Source: Parcubacteria group bacterium
GTDB lineage: Bacteria; Patescibacteriota; Minisyncoccia; Phycocordibacterales; UBA2100
DNA length: 64,000 nt
Assembly (NCBI GenBank): GCA_943358385.1
Contig: CALRGX010000003.1
Span: 2,771 to 66,770, forward strand
Reading direction: 5' to 3'
The first letter of the stretch is position 1. Each line of letters begins with the position of its first letter. Under the pieces are notes generated by a model. The model had not been told where the DNA came from and ran no database searches. It saw only the letters and a program-made list of their open reading frames with translations. The translations under genes and the position numbers were made by a program. Positions 61,259-64,000 of the stretch are shown piece by piece.

Positions 61259-61339
61259 CTTGCATACTTTGAAAATAGTGGCATAGTGCTTTTGGTATCG
61301 CATCGATAGCCGATGTGAACTAGCAACAAGGAGCTCTCC

Positions 61340-61768
61340 GTGGAGAGAACACTGACGGATCTGGTTCATCGCCTGGGCCAGAATCTCGATGCCGCCTTCG
61401 AAGGGCGCACGAAAGGGTCGGCCATCACGCCTAGGCAGCTCGCTGTTTTGCGTGCCGCCAAGGAGTGGAACGGTGTCTCGCAAACGACGCTTGTCGAAAA
61501 AACCGGTGTCGATCGCTCGACACTGGCCGATATTGTGAAGCGCCTGGTCCAGCGTGGGTGGCTCAGTAGGCGTCGTGCCAAAGACGATGCGCGTGCGTAT
61601 GTGGTGCGCTGCACCACCGAAGGCGCGGGCATCATCAATGCGCATGTGCCGGCGCTTCTCGCGATCGAGAAAGCTGCGCTTGCTTCGCTTACAAAAGCAG
61701 AAGCAGATGCTTTGAAGCTCGCGCTTGATCGCATGAACAATCACTTGGAGGGCGATGCGAAGAAGTAG
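61340..61768 (+). CDS. MarR family transcriptional regulator
   Basis: TPRQLAVL, SQTTL, DRSTL..IVKRL, DDAR; AAGGAG SD. Confidence 0.9.
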   Translation: MERTLTDLVHRLGQNLDAAFEGRTKGSAITPRQLAVLRAAKEWNGVSQTTLVEKTGVDRSTLADIVKRLVQRGWLSRRRAKDDARAYVVRCTTEGAGIINAHVPALLAIEKAALASLTKAEADALKLALDRMNNHLEGDAKK

Positions 61769-61825
61769 CGCAGCCAGTGAGGTGTGCGTATGCCGGCGGA
61801 CCAATGGTCCGCCGGCATTTCTGTA

Positions 61826-62065
61826 TCAGGCTTTGAACTGCTCGATAAACGACGCACGGTCGCGCGCGTGCAGTTTGATAACCGAAGCCACTCTGCTTGC
61901 TTTTAGTCCAGGGCACTCGATGCGCAGTTCATCAGCAATAGAGGCGTACGAACGACTCTCAGCGAGTAGTGCTGCTACGCGCCCAAACAAAGTGCGCGGG
62001 ATATCAGTGTGCGCTCGCGGACAGTATGTCGTTTTTGCTTTCTTATGAGCAAAGGTGTATGTCAT
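61826..62065 (-). CDS. Small hypothetical protein, possibly helix-turn-helix
   Basis: AAAGGAG SD; SYASIADEL; convergent hairpin at 61790-61818. Confidence 0.5.
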   Translation of the reverse strand: MTYTFAHKKAKTTYCPRAHTDIPRTLFGRVAALLAESRSYASIADELRIECPGLKASRVASVIKLHARDRASFIEQFKA

Positions 62066-62206
62066 GGCACACGCTCCTTTGGTTGCCGGTCCTCGCGGAT
62101 TGTAAATTTTATACACGACAGCGCAAGAGGAAATGCAACAAGATGGGGACAGTCGTATCATTTTTCAGCCGGTTGCGCGCTCAGGGGCGCATGCTAGGCT
62201 TCCTCT

Positions 62207-63157
62207 ATGGAACACACATCAACTACTGGCCCCAAAGATTTCTTTCTGTGGGTAGCCGCAACCGTGGCGTTATACGTCAGCGTGGTTAGTTTACTTGCAC
62301 TCTGGTTCGAGCTCATAGACCGCGTGTTTGTAGCGCCGAGCTTCTCGGGGTACGTCGACCCCTATTCAACGGGGATTCGCATCGCGGTGGCGTCACTCAT
62401 CGTTATTTTCCCCTTATACGTGTATTTCATGCGGCTACTGCACACTGATATACGCCTTCACCATGAAAAGAAGGAGCTCTGGGTACGCCGCTGGCTCTTG
62501 GTGGCGTCTCTTTTTATTGCAGGATTGACGCTGGTGATTGATCTCATTGTGTTGATTAACGCGTTTTTGGGCGGGGAAGAGCTCACGGCAGCCTTTGTGC
62601 TCAAGATTCTTGCCGTGTTTGTCGTCGTGGGTGGTTCCTTCTTGTACTACGTTCATGAGGTGAAAGGTACGTGGGAGCGCTCGGAAGGTCTCTCGAAAGG
62701 AATCGCCGCCGGTGTGGCGGCCGTTGTCCTGGCTTCTGTGGCTGCCGCGTTTATGTTCATCGGCTCTCCCGCAACACAGAGAATGATGCGCTACGATGCG
62801 CAGAAAGTATCGGATCTCCAAAGCATGCAGTATCAAATTACCGACTTCTATCAGCAGAAGGAACGCCTCCCACTTTCTCTCGACGAATTGAAAGATCCGC
62901 TGCGTGGCAATGTGGTGCCTGTAGATCCGCAAGAAGCTGATGGCTTTGTCTACGAGTATCGACCAGTGACGCCTTTGAGTTTTATGATCTGCGCCACATT
63001 CAATCTGGAGAATATTCAGGAAAAAGTGACGAGCCCACGGCCAGTGGATATGTACGTAGATCCGGCTATGGAATACTGGCAGCACAAATCGGGCGAGACG
63101 TGTTTCGTCCGCGAAGTTGACCCAGAAAAGTTTCCTCCCTACGAAAAAGCGCGATAG
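62207..63157 (+). CDS. DUF5671-like CPR membrane protein
   Basis: KDFFLW, ASLIVIFP, FLGGE, SP..QR...D, FMICATF. Confidence 0.75.
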   Translation: MEHTSTTGPKDFFLWVAATVALYVSVVSLLALWFELIDRVFVAPSFSGYVDPYSTGIRIAVASLIVIFPLYVYFMRLLHTDIRLHHEKKELWVRRWLLVASLFIAGLTLVIDLIVLINAFLGGEELTAAFVLKILAVFVVVGGSFLYYVHEVKGTWERSEGLSKGIAAGVAAVVLASVAAAFMFIGSPATQRMMRYDAQKVSDLQSMQYQITDFYQQKERLPLSLDELKDPLRGNVVPVDPQEADGFVYEYRPVTPLSFMICATFNLENIQEKVTSPRPVDMYVDPAMEYWQHKSGETCFVREVDPEKFPPYEKAR

Positions 63158-63159
63158 TT

Positions 63160-63474
63160 ATGCCGGAAAAAGGCCCGTGGGGTAAAGCGCCCGAACACGC
63201 ACCGAAAAATCTCGAGATGATGCGCACTGAATGCAGCGACTCGCTCCTAGACTATGCGCGTGAACGTGCGAAAGAACTGCAGGTGGACTACACCGTTGAA
63301 TTAGGCGACGCGACCGCTAGCGGAAGATTGTTGCGCATTACTCATGGTGATGCTGATGCGTTTGGACGCGAACTCGAAGAGGCAGGGAGGCGTGCAGAGG
63401 AGCTGTACCCAAGCGAAGTACACCCCATAGTGACGTACACTCCTGCTTCTCGCGAGGTGGTTATCTTGGTATAG
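63160..63474 (+). CDS. Hypothetical protein
   Basis: ORF starts 2 bp after the preceding gene. Confidence 0.5.
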   Translation: MPEKGPWGKAPEHAPKNLEMMRTECSDSLLDYARERAKELQVDYTVELGDATASGRLLRITHGDADAFGRELEEAGRRAEELYPSEVHPIVTYTPASREVVILV

Positions 63475-63514
63475 GTCGCTTTGGCTCATACGAGTCGTGT
63501 GCTATCGTTTTCGC

Positions 63515-64000
63515 ATGAGCAAGCAGTACGACCATCAGGAGATTGAGCGGCGTTGGCAGCACCTGTGGCGTGAGGCGAATATCTACCAGGCCAAAGAAGA
63601 GAAAGACAAACCAAAAGCGTACGTGCTGGACATGTTTCCGTATCCATCCGGTGAGGGATTGCATGTGGGCCATCCCAAAGGCTATATAGCCACTGACGTC
63701 TTTTCACGTATGAAGCGCATGCAGGGGCACAGTGTGCTTCATCCCATGGGATGGGATGCGTTTGGTCTCCCTGCAGAAAATTACGCCATCAAAAATAAAG
63801 TGCATCCGCGTGTCGCCGTCGAAAAGAACGTGGCGCGCTTTAAAGAGCAGCTCGAAGGTATTGGGTTTGACTATGATTGGTCGCGAGAAATAAATACGAC
63901 CGATCCTGAATTTTATCGCTGGACGCAATGGATTTTTCTCAAGCTTTTCGAGCGTGGATTGGCCTATGAATCACACGAGCCAATAAATTGGTGCCCATCG
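63515..64000 (+). CDS. leuS: Leucyl-tRNA synthetase, 5' part (runs off the window)
   Basis: Translated by hand: [15 protein letters not shown]...[16 protein letters not shown]...[16 protein letters not shown]. Confidence 0.95.
   Translation, partial: MSKQYDHQEIERRWQHLWREANIYQAKEEKDKPKAYVLDMFPYPSGEGLHVGHPKGYIATDVFSRMKRMQGHSVLHPMGWDAFGLPAENYAIKNKVHPRVAVEKNVARFKEQLEGIGFDYDWSREINTTDPEFYRWTQWIFLKLFERGLAYESHEPINWCPS

Overview
A 64-kb chromosomal segment whose gene content and style point to a Patescibacteria/CPR (Parcubacteria-like) bacterium using genetic code 11; this assignment is an inference. The housekeeping backbone has holB-like, frr, rseP, proS, mreBCD-mrdA, greA, class I lysyl-tRNA synthetase, mraZ-rsmH-ftsL-like-ftsI-murF, a complete but interrupted F1Fo ATP synthase cluster, an RND efflux pair, ychF and the 5' part of leuS. 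There are two tRNA genes, Pro-GGG and Glu-CTC. The main finding is an ~8.1-kb large-serine-recombinase island (30948-39093) inserted at the 3' end of tRNA-Glu through a TCAC core. The island carries a complete inverted internal copy of its own attP-like junction. As a result the recombinase gene (115-bp inverted repeats) and a lipid-enzyme cargo block (223/225-bp inverted repeats) each look like an independently invertible module, and flipping the first would change the recombinase C-terminus. Other points: a 102-bp duplication at the tRNA-Pro 3' end, tandem spermidine-synthase-like membrane paralogs with gene-conversion-like identical tracts, a secreted 8-Cys peptide, a four-hairpin mraZ leader, dispersed 7-bp-period tracts including a G-quadruplex motif, and a recurring TANNNT-N6-ATG leaderless start signature. 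All functional calls come from motif recognition by eye; no searches were run.
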